This document shows positions 37,998 through 47,189 of a stretch of 64,000 nucleotides of DNA, piece after piece. Under the pieces are notes generated by a model. It did not search any database. It was given only the letters and a program-made list of their open reading frames with translations, and was not told where the DNA came from. Within the stretch, counting starts at the first letter, position 1. Each line of letters starts with the position of its first letter. The stretch spans positions 17,513 through 81,512 of the forward strand of contig CAILTR010000050.1 of the NCBI GenBank assembly GCA_903837175.1. The letters are read 5' to 3'. The position numbers were made by a program, and so were the translations under genes. The DNA is from an uncultured bacterium. GTDB taxonomy: Bacteria > Patescibacteriota > Minisyncoccia > Moranbacterales > GWC2-37-73.

Positions 37998-39107
37998 CTA
38001 TCTCCTTGCAAGTTCAATCACCCCGTTAGCCAGCGTATCAGCGGCGTTGGGATGATAAAAAGTTTTAATGCGCTCAGTCATTTGCTTGCTGAGATTTTCA
38101 TCCGAGAAAATATTTTCAATTTTTTCCAAAAGCAAATGTTGGCCGAGATTAGATTCGTCTAAAACAAGGGCTGCTCCAATCTTAGCTAATTCATAAGCAT
38201 TCATGCGCTGATGATCATTAGCGCTGCTTTCCAAAGGAATTAAAATTGCTGGCTTTCCGTTGGCTGCTATCTCAGCGATGAAGGTTGCACCCGCTCTACT
38301 AACAACCAGTCCACAAAGGGCAAAAGCATCTCGCAGTTGATTAGCATTCATAAAAGGAACTGCCCAATAACCTTCCCGTCCAGATTTAATTCCCTGCCTA
38401 GCTGCAAAAGCAACCGTTTCATCAAAATTACCCGCACCAGTTTGATGGATAACTTGAAAATTATGTAAAAGCTGTGGCAAAATTCTAACAATTGCTTCAT
38501 TAATTATTTGCGAACCCTGGCTGCCACCTAAAATGAGTAGGGTTTTCTTTGCAGAAGTAAAGCCCAATTGAGTGCGCAGCATTATAGGGTCACCTTCCGT
38601 AACTTCAAATCTGACTGGATTACCCGTAAAAGCCACTTTATCTTTTGCAAAATACTCTTCAGCGGAAGGATATGCTACCGCTACCCGATTAGCCAATTTA
38701 GCCAAGAATTGATTTGCAGTCCCTGGAATTGAATCAGATTCATGAATTAAAATCGGAATTCGATAAACCCAAGCTGCCAACACAACTGGCACGGCTACAT
38801 AGCCACCTTTAGAAAAAATTGCATCTGGCATAAACCTCAAGAGAATCCAGAGCGACTGTAAAAAACCAACGGGGATTTTAAAAATATCCGTAAAATTTTC
38901 AAAAGAAAAATATCTGCGCATTTTTCCACTTAAAACAAACATTGAAGGAATCCCCGCTTCAGCCATAGCCTTTTTCTCCATTTCCTGGCCACTACCAATA
39001 TATAAAAATTCAGCTTCTGGTCCAAGCTTTTCTCTAATTCTACTTGCTACAGCAATCAAGGGAAAAAGATGCCCACCAGTTCCCCCACCCGTTAAGACGA
39101 TACGCAT
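37998..39107 (-). CDS. murG: UDP-N-acetylglucosamine--N-acetylmuramyl-(pentapeptide) pyrophosphoryl-undecaprenol N-acetylglucosamine transferase.
   Basis: GGTGGHLFP N-terminus and GT28 C-terminal motifs. Confidence 0.9.
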   Translation of the reverse strand: MRIVLTGGGTGGHLFPLIAVASRIREKLGPEAEFLYIGSGQEMEKKAMAEAGIPSMFVLSGKMRRYFSFENFTDIFKIPVGFLQSLWILLRFMPDAIFSKGGYVAVPVVLAAWVYRIPILIHESDSIPGTANQFLAKLANRVAVAYPSAEEYFAKDKVAFTGNPVRFEVTEGDPIMLRTQLGFTSAKKTLLILGGSQGSQIINEAIVRILPQLLHNFQVIHQTGAGNFDETVAFAARQGIKSGREGYWAVPFMNANQLRDAFALCGLVVSRAGATFIAEIAANGKPAILIPLESSANDHQRMNAYELAKIGAALVLDESNLGQHLLLEKIENIFSDENLSKQMTERIKTFYHPNAADTLANGVIELARR

Positions 39108-39221
39108 ATTTAATAAATTTATAATTGTTTATTAACGCATTAACGAATTAACGCATTATTGAAAAATCCTCTTTCTATAAATACATTCTAACAAAAACCC
39201 CCCTAAAAATCCAGCCTTCTC

Positions 39222-40334
39222 CTATTTTTCCTCCAAATTAGTAAATTTTGAAATATTAAGCAAAATTCCAACGGCGGCCATTAGAAAAATAATAGAAGTT
39301 CCGCCATAGCTGATAAAAGGCAGCGGAATTCCCGTTAGCGGAACTAGGGCAATATTGGCCCCAATATTAATAAAAGCTTGTAAGGTTATCCACATCGTAA
39401 TGCCAGTAGCAATTAAGCGGCCGAAAGCATCTGGGGCATTCTTGGCAATCTTAAGACCTCGCAGGGCCAACATGATAAACAAAACGATTAAAAAGATGCC
39501 GCCAATCAGACCCAGCTCCTCGCCAATCACCGCAAAAATTGAATCGCCAACTGGCTCTGGTAAATAATTAAATTTTTGCCGACTATGTCCGAGCCCAAGC
39601 CCTAAAAAGCCGCCACTACCCACTGCCAGTAAGGCTTGATTAATCTGGTAGCCAATCCCACGCGGGTCAGCTCCGGGATCCAGGAAAGTAGAAAGTCTGT
39701 CAAAACGATACGGCTCCAATTTTATTAAAATCCAAAGAGCTAAAGTTCCTGCTAGCCCCATCGAAAAAAGATGCTTGAGCCTGGCCCCAGAAACAAAAAA
39801 CATCGCAAAAGAAGTCAGGATAATAACGCCTAGCGTGCCCATATCTGGCTGCTTGATAATTAAAAAACCAATCAAGCCCATGATACCCAAAAATGGTAGC
39901 AACCCTTCAAAAACATCTTTAATTTTCTGACTACCTTTACTCTCAAACCAAGCTGCTAGATAAATAATCACGGCTAACTTTGCCATTTCCGAAGGTTGAA
40001 AAGAAAATGGCCCAAGGTAAATCCAACGACTTGCCCCATAAACCTTTGAACCAACCCCTGGCACAAAGACTAAAACTAAACAGACTATGGCCGATAAAAA
40101 GAATAGCACCGCAAATTTTTTCCAAAAATGATAATCGACTTTCTGAAAAAGGTATAAAACAAAAAATCCAGGCAAAATTCCATAGAAAAGCTGATGTTTA
40201 AAAAAATAGTAACCCTCCCCAAAACGCGTCTGCGAATAAATTACCCCCGCGCTTGAAATCATCACCAAACCAAAAGCTAGCAGCGTCAGCACTGTAAAAA
40301 ATAAAGTCTTATCGAATTGTTTTTCGTTATGCAT
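39222..40334 (-). CDS. ftsW: SEDS family peptidoglycan polymerase FtsW/RodA.
   Basis: Ten TM helices and conserved SEDS motifs. Adjacent to murG. Confidence 0.85.
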   Translation of the reverse strand: MHNEKQFDKTLFFTVLTLLAFGLVMISSAGVIYSQTRFGEGYYFFKHQLFYGILPGFFVLYLFQKVDYHFWKKFAVLFFLSAIVCLVLVFVPGVGSKVYGASRWIYLGPFSFQPSEMAKLAVIIYLAAWFESKGSQKIKDVFEGLLPFLGIMGLIGFLIIKQPDMGTLGVIILTSFAMFFVSGARLKHLFSMGLAGTLALWILIKLEPYRFDRLSTFLDPGADPRGIGYQINQALLAVGSGGFLGLGLGHSRQKFNYLPEPVGDSIFAVIGEELGLIGGIFLIVLFIMLALRGLKIAKNAPDAFGRLIATGITMWITLQAFINIGANIALVPLTGIPLPFISYGGTSIIFLMAAVGILLNISKFTNLEEK

Positions 40335-40606
40335 AAACCGATACGAAACTACGAATTAAATACGAATCTACGAAAATTATGCTAATACAAACCTACAAAT
40401 CGAATCCAAATCTACGAAATTTTATTATCAAGCGAAGCGAGAGGAACAAAAGTATTCTTTCGATTCCGAGCTCTGCCTGACGGCTTGTCTACTGGGAGGC
40501 ATGCAAACAGGGAGCGACGATAACAAAAGTATCAATGCACCTTTTTTGATTTTTTTTCGTAGATTCGTACCCTCATTCGTAGTTTCGAATCGGTAAACTC
40601 AGATAA
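40335..40606. repeat. Composite element: an inverted pair of Family B arms (40335-40376 and 40556-40592) flanking about 180 nt of higher-GC unique sequence.
   Basis: Left arm ccgatacgaaactacgaat...; right arm ...attcgtagtttcgaatcgg is its reverse complement. Confidence 0.6.
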
Positions 40607-41293
40607 TTATTTTTTACCACCCGCATTATTCTCCCGCCACTTTTCAATCTCTTTATGATTACCACCAAGCAAAACTTCGGGAACTTTCCAACCATTAAAT
40701 TCTTCTGGCTTAGAGTATTGAGCGTGTTCCAAATAGCCCTCCTGACTATGGGATTCATAAACTGCGCTCTCTTCGTTGCCAAGCACCCCAGGCAGTAGTC
40801 GTGTCACACTGTCCACTACCAGCATCGCCGGAATTTCGCCACCAGTCAGCACGAAATCTCCGACAGAAATCTCTTCATCGACGATGTTTTGAGCAACTCG
40901 CTCATCAACTCCTTCATATCGCCCGCAAATCAAAATTAACTGATCATACTTTGCCAACCTCTCCGCATCTTTTTGGGTATATCTTTTACCCTTGGCCGAA
41001 AAAAGTATCGTTCGCATGGATGACTGATTGCCTGTCTGCCGACGAGGCAGGCTGATGACTGATGACTTTTTAATTGCATTTATGCAATTAAAAATTGGTT
41101 CAACCCGCATCACCATTCCAGCGCCTCCCCCATACGGCGTGTCGTCAATATTGCGATGCTTATTCTCAGTGTAATCTCTTAAATTATGAGCCTGAATTTC
41201 AATCGTCCCACTTTCTTTGGCGCGTTTAATAATCGACTCGCCGAAATAGCTGTCGAAAATCTCTGGAAAAATTGTCAGAATATCAAAACGCAT
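40607..41293 (-). CDS. trmD: tRNA (guanine37-N1)-methyltransferase, carrying an in-frame palindromic element insertion.
   Basis: SPOUT fold motifs. Insertion ...KSSVISLPRRQTGNQSS... is encoded by the element at 41018-41068. Confidence 0.88.
   Translation of the reverse strand: MRFDILTIFPEIFDSYFGESIIKRAKESGTIEIQAHNLRDYTENKHRNIDDTPYGGGAGMVMRVEPIFNCINAIKKSSVISLPRRQTGNQSSMRTILFSAKGKRYTQKDAERLAKYDQLILICGRYEGVDERVAQNIVDEEISVGDFVLTGGEIPAMLVVDSVTRLLPGVLGNEESAVYESHSQEGYLEHAQYSKPEEFNGWKVPEVLLGGNHKEIEKWRENNAGGKK
41018..41068. repeat. GC-rich palindromic element inside the trmD coding sequence.
   Basis: gatgactgattgcctgtctgccgacgaggcaggctgatgactgatgac. Its reverse complement matches the copy in folC. 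Confidence 0.8.
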
Positions 41294-41360
41294 AAAAATT
41301 AGTTATAAAATTTAAAGTAATAAAGTTGAAAGTTATAAAGTGGAAAGTGGAAACATTTCA

Positions 41361-41395
41361 GAGGCTAAGCCTCCCCTTAGAGGCTTAGCCTCTAG
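41361..41395. repeat. Hairpin repeat gaggctaagcctcccctt-agaggcttagcctc. Same family as 3946-3977.
   Basis: Sits in the divergent trmD/folC intergenic region. Confidence 0.7.
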
Positions 41396-41431
41396 AGTAC
41401 TACCCAACAATAGTAATTTTAACACAGTATC

Positions 41432-42892
41432 TTGAAAGAAAAAAGCACTACAGAATTTGCAAATTTTAGCCACCCTCGCTATGATTACCTAACTATGCAA
41501 ATCAAGACTATGCCACAATTTGAAGCCTACCTCAAAGCCCGCATTCCAACGCGAGAGGCTTTATTTGTGGGAGACTTAGGCTTGCAAAGAGCCAAATATT
41601 TTATGCGAGTATTGGGCAACCCGCAAAACAAAATTAAAGTAATCCACATCGCCGGCACTTCAGGCAAAGGCTCGACCGCTTATTTAACCAGCCACCTTTT
41701 GCAAAGCCAAGGTTTTCGGGTTGGACTTTCAATTTCCCCCCATATTTTTGACATTCGCGAACGTTTGCAAATTAATAACAAATTACCAAGTAAAAAATTA
41801 ATTTTAAAGTATTTCAATCAAATCCTGCCGACAATTTTAAAAATGGAAAAATGCCGCTATGGCATGCCAACCTATTTCGAAATTCTGGTCGGCCTAGCTT
41901 ACTATATTTTCGCCCAAGAAAAAATCGACTACGGCATTATAGAGACTGGCCTTGGAGGTCGGCTCGATGGAACCAATACAGTCACCAATAAAAATAAAAT
42001 CTGCATCCTCACAAAAATCGGACTTGACCACACTGAAATTCTCGGCAACACCCTAGCCAAAATTGCCAGTGAAAAAGCTGGCATCATTCAGAATCAAAAT
42101 GCAGTAATCAGCCATCAGCCTGCCTCGTCGGCAGACAGGTCATCAGTAACCATTAACCAGCTAATTGTTACTAAATGCCGAGAAAAGAGTGCAACTTTAT
42201 ATTTGATAAAACCTCGAAAAAATTATCAGCTAATCACTTCGACCCAAGCAGGAACTTTTTTTGATTTCACCTATGCCGTTGACGGCTCGGAGCTTAGCTC
42301 CGAAACTATACTCAATTTTAAAAACATTAAACTAAACTTGCTAGGTTTCCACCAAGTCGAAAACTGCTCCCTAGCTTTAACTTGTCTTTCACTTTTATCA
42401 AAGCGTGATAAATTCCCAATCAACGAAAAAAAAATGCGCATCGCCCTGCAAAAAATTTCCATCCCAGGCCGGATGGAAATTCGCAAAAACGGCAAAAACT
42501 TTCTCATTATTGACGGAGCGCATAATCCCCAGAAAATGACCACCTTCATTACTAGCCTAAAACTTATCTTTCCTGACCAAAAATTTGATTTTATTTTAGC
42601 CTTCAAAAAAGGCAAAGATTTTAAGCGGATCCTAAAAAAAATTCTCCCACTCGCCAACCACGTTTTTCTCACGAGCTTCTCAACCTCTAACCAAGATGAC
42701 CATTGGAGTTCTGTTAATAACGCTGAAATTGCAAACTATTTTAAAAAAGAAAAATTCAAAAACTTTTCCATTATTAAAAATAACGAAGCAGAGGTCCTTG
42801 CCGCTATTCAAAGCTCAAAGAAATCCATCGTCCTTACTGGCTCACTTTATCTGATTGGTTCAGTTTATGCTTATCTAAATAAAGCAAATTAA
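41432..42892 (+). CDS. folC: Folylpolyglutamate synthase / dihydrofolate synthase (Mur ligase family), carrying an in-frame palindromic element insertion.
   Basis: IAGTSGKGST P-loop and Mur ligase middle and C-terminal domains. Insertion ...SHQPASSADRSSVT... is encoded by 42110-42150. Confidence 0.8.
   Translation: MKEKSTTEFANFSHPRYDYLTMQIKTMPQFEAYLKARIPTREALFVGDLGLQRAKYFMRVLGNPQNKIKVIHIAGTSGKGSTAYLTSHLLQSQGFRVGLSISPHIFDIRERLQINNKLPSKKLILKYFNQILPTILKMEKCRYGMPTYFEILVGLAYYIFAQEKIDYGIIETGLGGRLDGTNTVTNKNKICILTKIGLDHTEILGNTLAKIASEKAGIIQNQNAVISHQPASSADRSSVTINQLIVTKCREKSATLYLIKPRKNYQLITSTQAGTFFDFTYAVDGSELSSETILNFKNIKLNLLGFHQVENCSLALTCLSLLSKRDKFPINEKKMRIALQKISIPGRMEIRKNGKNFLIIDGAHNPQKMTTFITSLKLIFPDQKFDFILAFKKGKDFKRILKKILPLANHVFLTSFSTSNQDDHWSSVNNAEIANYFKKEKFKNFSIIKNNEAEVLAAIQSSKKSIVLTGSLYLIGSVYAYLNKAN
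42110..42150. repeat. GC-rich palindromic element inside the folC coding sequence.
   Basis: cagccatcagcctgcctcgtcggcagacaggtcatcagtaac. Confidence 0.8.
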
Positions 42893-42895
42893 ACT

Positions 42896-43087
42896 TTACT
42901 TTAAACTATTTTCTTTAAATTCTTTAACAGCCAATGTTTCCTCAATAACTTCACCTTTATATAATTTTTGCAAGAGAAGTGGCACGGCGCAGTTTTCACA
43001 TTTTCCCCAAGCGCAACTAGCCTTCTTTTTAAACATTTTTTGGCACAAGGAAATTTCAGTATCAAATGTTTCTTTTGAAATTAGCAT
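42896..43087 (-). CDS. Small Cys-rich hypothetical protein (63 aa).
   Basis: ORF on the gene strand with CxxxxxxxxxCAWGKCENC. Confidence 0.3.
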   Translation of the reverse strand: MLISKETFDTEISLCQKMFKKKASCAWGKCENCAVPLLLQKLYKGEVIEETLAVKEFKENSLK

Positions 43088-43091
43088 AGCA

Positions 43092-43352
43092 TTATTTAAA
43101 GGATATTATTTGATAACCATATTTTTCAACATCTTCTTCGCTCCAAAAGCTCAGATCTTTTGTTTTTAAAATATAAGAAACTTCTTTTTCTAAAACTCTT
43201 CCAGTTAGCTCTTTAGTTTCTGGATTCCACTCACTTAAGATTAAAATGTCACCCTCTTCACATTTCCAATCAGCAAGTCAAAGTTCATATTTTTTGTCGC
43301 CATCCAATAATTTCTGAAAATACTGTGGCCAAACTTTTTTCTCAATACGCAT
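43092..43352 (-). pseudogene. DUF3850/ASCH-like small protein gene interrupted by an in-frame TGA at codon 25.
   Basis: Reads MRIEKKVWPQYFQKLLDGDKKYEL*LADWKCEEGDILILSEWNPETKELTGRVLEKEVSYI.... The TGA sits where family members have a conserved Arg, consistent with CGA to TGA. Confidence 0.55.
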
Positions 43353-43361
43353 AATGATATT

Positions 43362-44267
43362 TTATATTATTTTTAATTCCTCTAACCACTCTCGCCAAAC
43401 TGGCTCAAGACCTGGACTAGTTTTCCAATCTTCGTTGGAAATTTCTCCAGCTAAATATTGCTCGCAACGCTTGGCAAGTTTTCTTAGCTCATCAACACTA
43501 ACCCATTTGAGCTGTTTCGTTTCAGAAAGACTACAATTAAGTTCGCCCTCAACCTCAACCTCAAAAATCTGCCAGAAGTGCCAGGTGCCATCAATTCTGC
43601 GACAAGGATTTTCTTTGCGACCTTTGCCTAATAATTTCAATGCCTTAACCGCAAGCCCAGTTTCCTCAAACAACTCGACCCTCGCCACTTCTTCAAAGCT
43701 CTCATTCCCATCCAAGTGCCCAGCTGGCAACGCAAAAGCAAATGGAAATTTCATTCGCTCAAGCAAAAGAATTTTCTCATCTTTTCGAACAAGCATCCCA
43801 ACACTCTTATGATCGCAAATTTTTGCCCCAATTAAATATGGTTTGAGTTTTTCAAAATCTCCCTCCAAGGATACGTCAAACATCGCCTTAATTTCATCGG
43901 CATAGGAAACTTCTTCTGGCACCGAGTTGAGCAAGAAAATCTTTTTGTTGTTCACATGGGCAAACCCTATTTCCATAAGGGTATTGCCACCAACATAGTT
44001 TTTGATGCCTTTTTTGTCAAAATTTAGAACTAAAATTCCGTCACTTGAGCAAATAGCATCATAATACCATTTGATATAACCTTGTGCCTTTTTAGCTTGA
44101 TAATGCTCACCGCCTGAAATTTGATTCCAAATTTCCTGCTTTTCACCTTTCACAAAAGCTTCATAATCAGGATGCACAATAGCTTCATGACCCATCGCAA
44201 AAATTTTATCACGATATTCTAACATTTGTTCCTTGAAAGCTGAGCTTCCACAAATTGTAATTTTCAT
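43362..44267 (-). CDS. Fusion of a nucleoside 2-deoxyribosyltransferase-like domain and a Nudix hydrolase.
   Basis: N-terminal ITICGS...ILVLNFDKKG...YVGGNTLMEIGFA, matching NDT-like D.GT..E.G. C-terminal Nudix box GHLDGNESFEEVARVELFEETG. Confidence 0.7.
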   Translation of the reverse strand: MKITICGSSAFKEQMLEYRDKIFAMGHEAIVHPDYEAFVKGEKQEIWNQISGGEHYQAKKAQGYIKWYYDAICSSDGILVLNFDKKGIKNYVGGNTLMEIGFAHVNNKKIFLLNSVPEEVSYADEIKAMFDVSLEGDFEKLKPYLIGAKICDHKSVGMLVRKDEKILLLERMKFPFAFALPAGHLDGNESFEEVARVELFEETGLAVKALKLLGKGRKENPCRRIDGTWHFWQIFEVEVEGELNCSLSETKQLKWVSVDELRKLAKRCEQYLAGEISNEDWKTSPGLEPVWREWLEELKII

Positions 44268-44367
44268 ATTATTTTTAAATGTGATGATTCATCTTTTTTA
44301 AATCCTCGCCCAAAATAATTGATTGTATTGCAATTAATTCATCCGTATATGAAAATATTCAAATAAA

Positions 44368-44775
44368 TTATCCCACGAGTTTTAGGTTTCCCCCTAAAAT
44401 AACTGGCCTTGTTATTTTTATCTCCAAAGCATAACGCAAGATATTTTCAGCTGGAATTTCATACAACAAAAAAATTTTCTTGTCCAAGTGTCTTGCCAAA
44501 CCAATTTCCATCAAAGTTGCTCCCCCGACATATCCGTCGATTCCATTTTTTGGATAATTTAAAACCACAATCGCCTCGCTAGCCGCGACCTTCTTAAAAC
44601 AACTCTTATCTATGTCAGTTAAAATGCAATGTTCAAAATCCATATTTAAATTTGGATTCTCAACACATTCATGAGTATCACATGGAATCATAACCTCGTG
44701 TCCAATTTCTGCAAGAATTTTCTGAGCTTCCAACATTTCCTTTGCAAAACCCATACTGCCACAGATCATAATCTT
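44368..44775 (-). CDS. Nucleoside 2-deoxyribosyltransferase-like protein, paralog of the 43362-44267 N-terminal domain.
   Basis: MICGSMGF...IVVLNYPKNG...YVGGATLMEIGLA. Confidence 0.65.
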   Translation of the reverse strand, partial: KIMICGSMGFAKEMLEAQKILAEIGHEVMIPCDTHECVENPNLNMDFEHCILTDIDKSCFKKVAASEAIVVLNYPKNGIDGYVGGATLMEIGLARHLDKKIFLLYEIPAENILRYALEIKITRPVILGGNLKLVG

Positions 44776-44814
44776 CATAAAAATTATTTTCAAAAAAATT
44801 ATTGCATTCTTATT

Positions 44815-44888
44815 TCCTAAAAACCTAAAAGCTAATGAAGTTTACCCCGTGGCAAATGCCACTGGGGCTATAAGCTAAAAGCTATTCC
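44815..44888. repeat. Family D repeat (cctaaaagcta) with a central hairpin ccccgtggcaaatgccactgggg, 3' of lysS.
   Basis: Read directly from the sequence. Related copies at 46334-46373, 37966-37997 and 27291-27325. Confidence 0.7.
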
Positions 44889-46333
44889 CGCTCTTTCATT
44901 GGCGGGAAAATTACACATTCACGGATTGATTTATCCATTAAAAAAGAAAAGAAGCGCTCACTAAGTCCAAAACCAAAAGCAGGTGGCATGCCATATTCCA
45001 GGGCTTCGACAAAATCTTCATCAATCATTTGCGCTTCCGCGTCACCTGCCTCTCGCAGAGCCATTTGGTCCTCGAAGCGGGCTTTTTGATCAATTGGGTC
45101 ATTTAGCTCTGCAAAGGCATTACAAAGCTCAGCTGTACCAGCTACGATTTGAAAACGCAAAACTTTCTTAGGATTGGTTGGATCCTTTTTAGCTAGGGGT
45201 GAAACTTCGAGCGGATGTCCAACTAAAAAACAAGGTTGAATCATTTTTAGGCGCACAGTTTTTTTATAGATCGTATCAATCATCCGGCCTTTACCATAGG
45301 ATTTTTCGTATTTAATTCCAAGTTCGTCGGCTTTCGCCATTAAGTTTTGAACGGAAATATCCTGCGACAAGTCCAAGCCAGTTTCTTTTTCAAACGCTTC
45401 AAAATAGTCCACAACTGGAAAAGGTTTTTCCCAATCAATCGAAGCTCCCTCATACTGCGTAACCAAACCACCAGTAACATTTTTCACAACTTCTCTGGTC
45501 ATTTTTTCCGAAAATTCCATCCCAGTTTTTAAATCCCAATAAGCTGCATAAAATTCCATGTGATCGAATTCCTGTAAGTGATGCCTATCAATGCCCTCAT
45601 TGCGAAAAACTCGTCCAATTTCAAAAACTTTCTCATAACCGCCCACCAATAACCTTTTCAAAGAAAGCTCCAGAGAGATTCGCATAAAAAAATCTCGGTC
45701 AAGCGCGTTGTGATGCGTAATGAAAGGCTCCGCGTCAGCTCCGCCAGGTGTGTGCTCAAAGACAGGATTCTGCACTTCCAAAAAACCAGTCGTAGCTAAA
45801 AAATTTCGAATCGTTTGCCAGAAAATATTTTTCTTGCGAAAAAGTTCTCTCGTATCAGGATTTATCATCAAATCCAAATACCTTTTTCGCAAAAGTTCTT
45901 CTTCATCTTTAATTCCAAAATGCTCCGTTGGAATTGGGCGAATATTTTTACTAAGCATTTTCCAATCAGTCACCTTCAATGATCTCTCTTCGGTTTTCGT
46001 CAAAAATAACTGTCCAGTCACCTGCACAAAATCTCCCAAATCAACATTCTTCACAAAAAGTTTAAACAATTCTTCCAGCATATTGCCCTTGTTCAAAAAA
46101 AGTTGCATCTTGCCAGACTCATCTTCAATGTTAGCAAAAGCGCTGCCGCCCATTGGTCGCATCGAACGCACTCGTCCAACTAAAGTAACTGCTCGTTCTC
46201 CTATTTCATCAAACTTCTCTAACGCCTCGGCATTTTTAAAATCCCGCTGAGTTTTTTCCGGATAAGCTTCCATGCCAAACTCCCTAACTTGATTTAATTT
46301 TTCAATTTTTACCTGTAAAATATCTTCTCGCAT
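44882..46333 (-). CDS. lysS: Lysyl-tRNA synthetase, class II.
   Basis: N-terminal OB anticodon-binding domain and class II motifs 1-3. Confidence 0.93.
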   Translation of the reverse strand: MREDILQVKIEKLNQVREFGMEAYPEKTQRDFKNAEALEKFDEIGERAVTLVGRVRSMRPMGGSAFANIEDESGKMQLFLNKGNMLEELFKLFVKNVDLGDFVQVTGQLFLTKTEERSLKVTDWKMLSKNIRPIPTEHFGIKDEEELLRKRYLDLMINPDTRELFRKKNIFWQTIRNFLATTGFLEVQNPVFEHTPGGADAEPFITHHNALDRDFFMRISLELSLKRLLVGGYEKVFEIGRVFRNEGIDRHHLQEFDHMEFYAAYWDLKTGMEFSEKMTREVVKNVTGGLVTQYEGASIDWEKPFPVVDYFEAFEKETGLDLSQDISVQNLMAKADELGIKYEKSYGKGRMIDTIYKKTVRLKMIQPCFLVGHPLEVSPLAKKDPTNPKKVLRFQIVAGTAELCNAFAELNDPIDQKARFEDQMALREAGDAEAQMIDEDFVEALEYGMPPAFGFGLSERFFSFLMDKSIRECVIFPPMKERE

Positions 46334-46527
46334 AAAAATAGCTTTTAGCTTATAGCTTCATTAGCTTTTAGCCTTTCGAAAATAAAAAAATTAAATTTGA
46401 TTTAATACAAGCGAAGAAATCAAAACTTATTTCTTGAGTTTAATTCGAAAAAAATAGTTTTAACTTCGCTTCAACACTTAAACCTAATATACAATCACAT
46501 CATAGCCCTTTTCAACTCTTTTGGCAA

Positions 46528-46553
46528 ACAAAAAACCCGCCAACGAGGCGGAT
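46528..46553 (-). terminator. Rho-independent terminator 3' of greA.
   Basis: cccgcc-aacga-ggcgg with T/A runs on both sides (bidirectional). Confidence 0.6.
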
Positions 46554-46571
46554 TTTTAAGAAAAAATTTCT

Positions 46572-47030
46572 TTATCGAACTTCGATAATTTTATAAGCAA
46601 TAGTCTCGCCTTTTGGAGTCAGCACGCTAACATTATCCCCGCCAGTATGTCCCATGAAGGCCTTGCCCAATGGTGATTCATTAGAAATTTTAAAACTTGC
46701 CGGGTCAGCCTCATTTGAGCCAACAATTGTAAATTCCATCTCATTTCCACCAGTCTTAACATTCACAACTGAACCAATTTGAGCACCTTTCACTTTTTCA
46801 TCTTTTTCAACCACTTGAGAATTTTTAACAATCATCTCCAACTCACTGATTCGAGATTCATTTTCGTTTTGTTGAGATTTAGCTTCAGAATATTCAGCGT
46901 TCTCGCTTAAATCTCCTTGCTCTTTAGCTTCTTTAATCGCCTGCGCAATTTCTTGCCTGAGTTTTGTTTTACGCTCCTCTAATTCTTCATTAAGTTTTCT
47001 AAGTCCATCTTTCGTAATAAGTCGTACCAT
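46572..47030 (-). CDS. greA: Transcription elongation factor GreA.
   Basis: Coiled-coil N-terminus and an FKBP-like C-terminus. Confidence 0.9.
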   Translation of the reverse strand: MVRLITKDGLRKLNEELEERKTKLRQEIAQAIKEAKEQGDLSENAEYSEAKSQQNENESRISELEMIVKNSQVVEKDEKVKGAQIGSVVNVKTGGNEMEFTIVGSNEADPASFKISNESPLGKAFMGHTGGDNVSVLTPKGETIAYKIIEVR

Positions 47031-47112
47031 ATTTTTAATTTATTTATTGATTAAAAAATATCGCACGCATTGGCGATAAGTTTATAATTATAATTATTTT
47101 GACAGCTCAGCA

Positions 47113-47141
47113 ATGATACACAAAAATCCCCACCCTGTCAA
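47113..47141 (-). promoter_or_regulatory. Candidate sigma70-like promoter for greA: TTGACA, 17 nt, TATCAT.
   Basis: Minus strand reads TTGACAgggtggggatttttgtgTATCAT, about 80 nt upstream of the greA ATG. Confidence 0.4.
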
Positions 47142-47189
47142 TAACAGCAGAAAAGCCCTATTTTCACAGGATAAATTAAAGAAAAACTA

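Noticed and set aside
40573-40782. 69-aa ORF overlapping the 3' end of trmD in another frame.
   Set aside because: It is fully embedded in the conserved TrmD coding sequence. It is an alternative-frame artefact.
43092-43352. Could the in-frame TGA indicate an alternative genetic code (TGA=Gly code 25 or TGA=Trp code 4)?
   Set aside because: All long conserved genes (tuf, secY, lysS, aspS, the ATPase) are intact when TGA is read as stop. A recoded genome would fragment them. A single CGA-to-TGA nonsense change, meaning a pseudogene, is more parsimonious.
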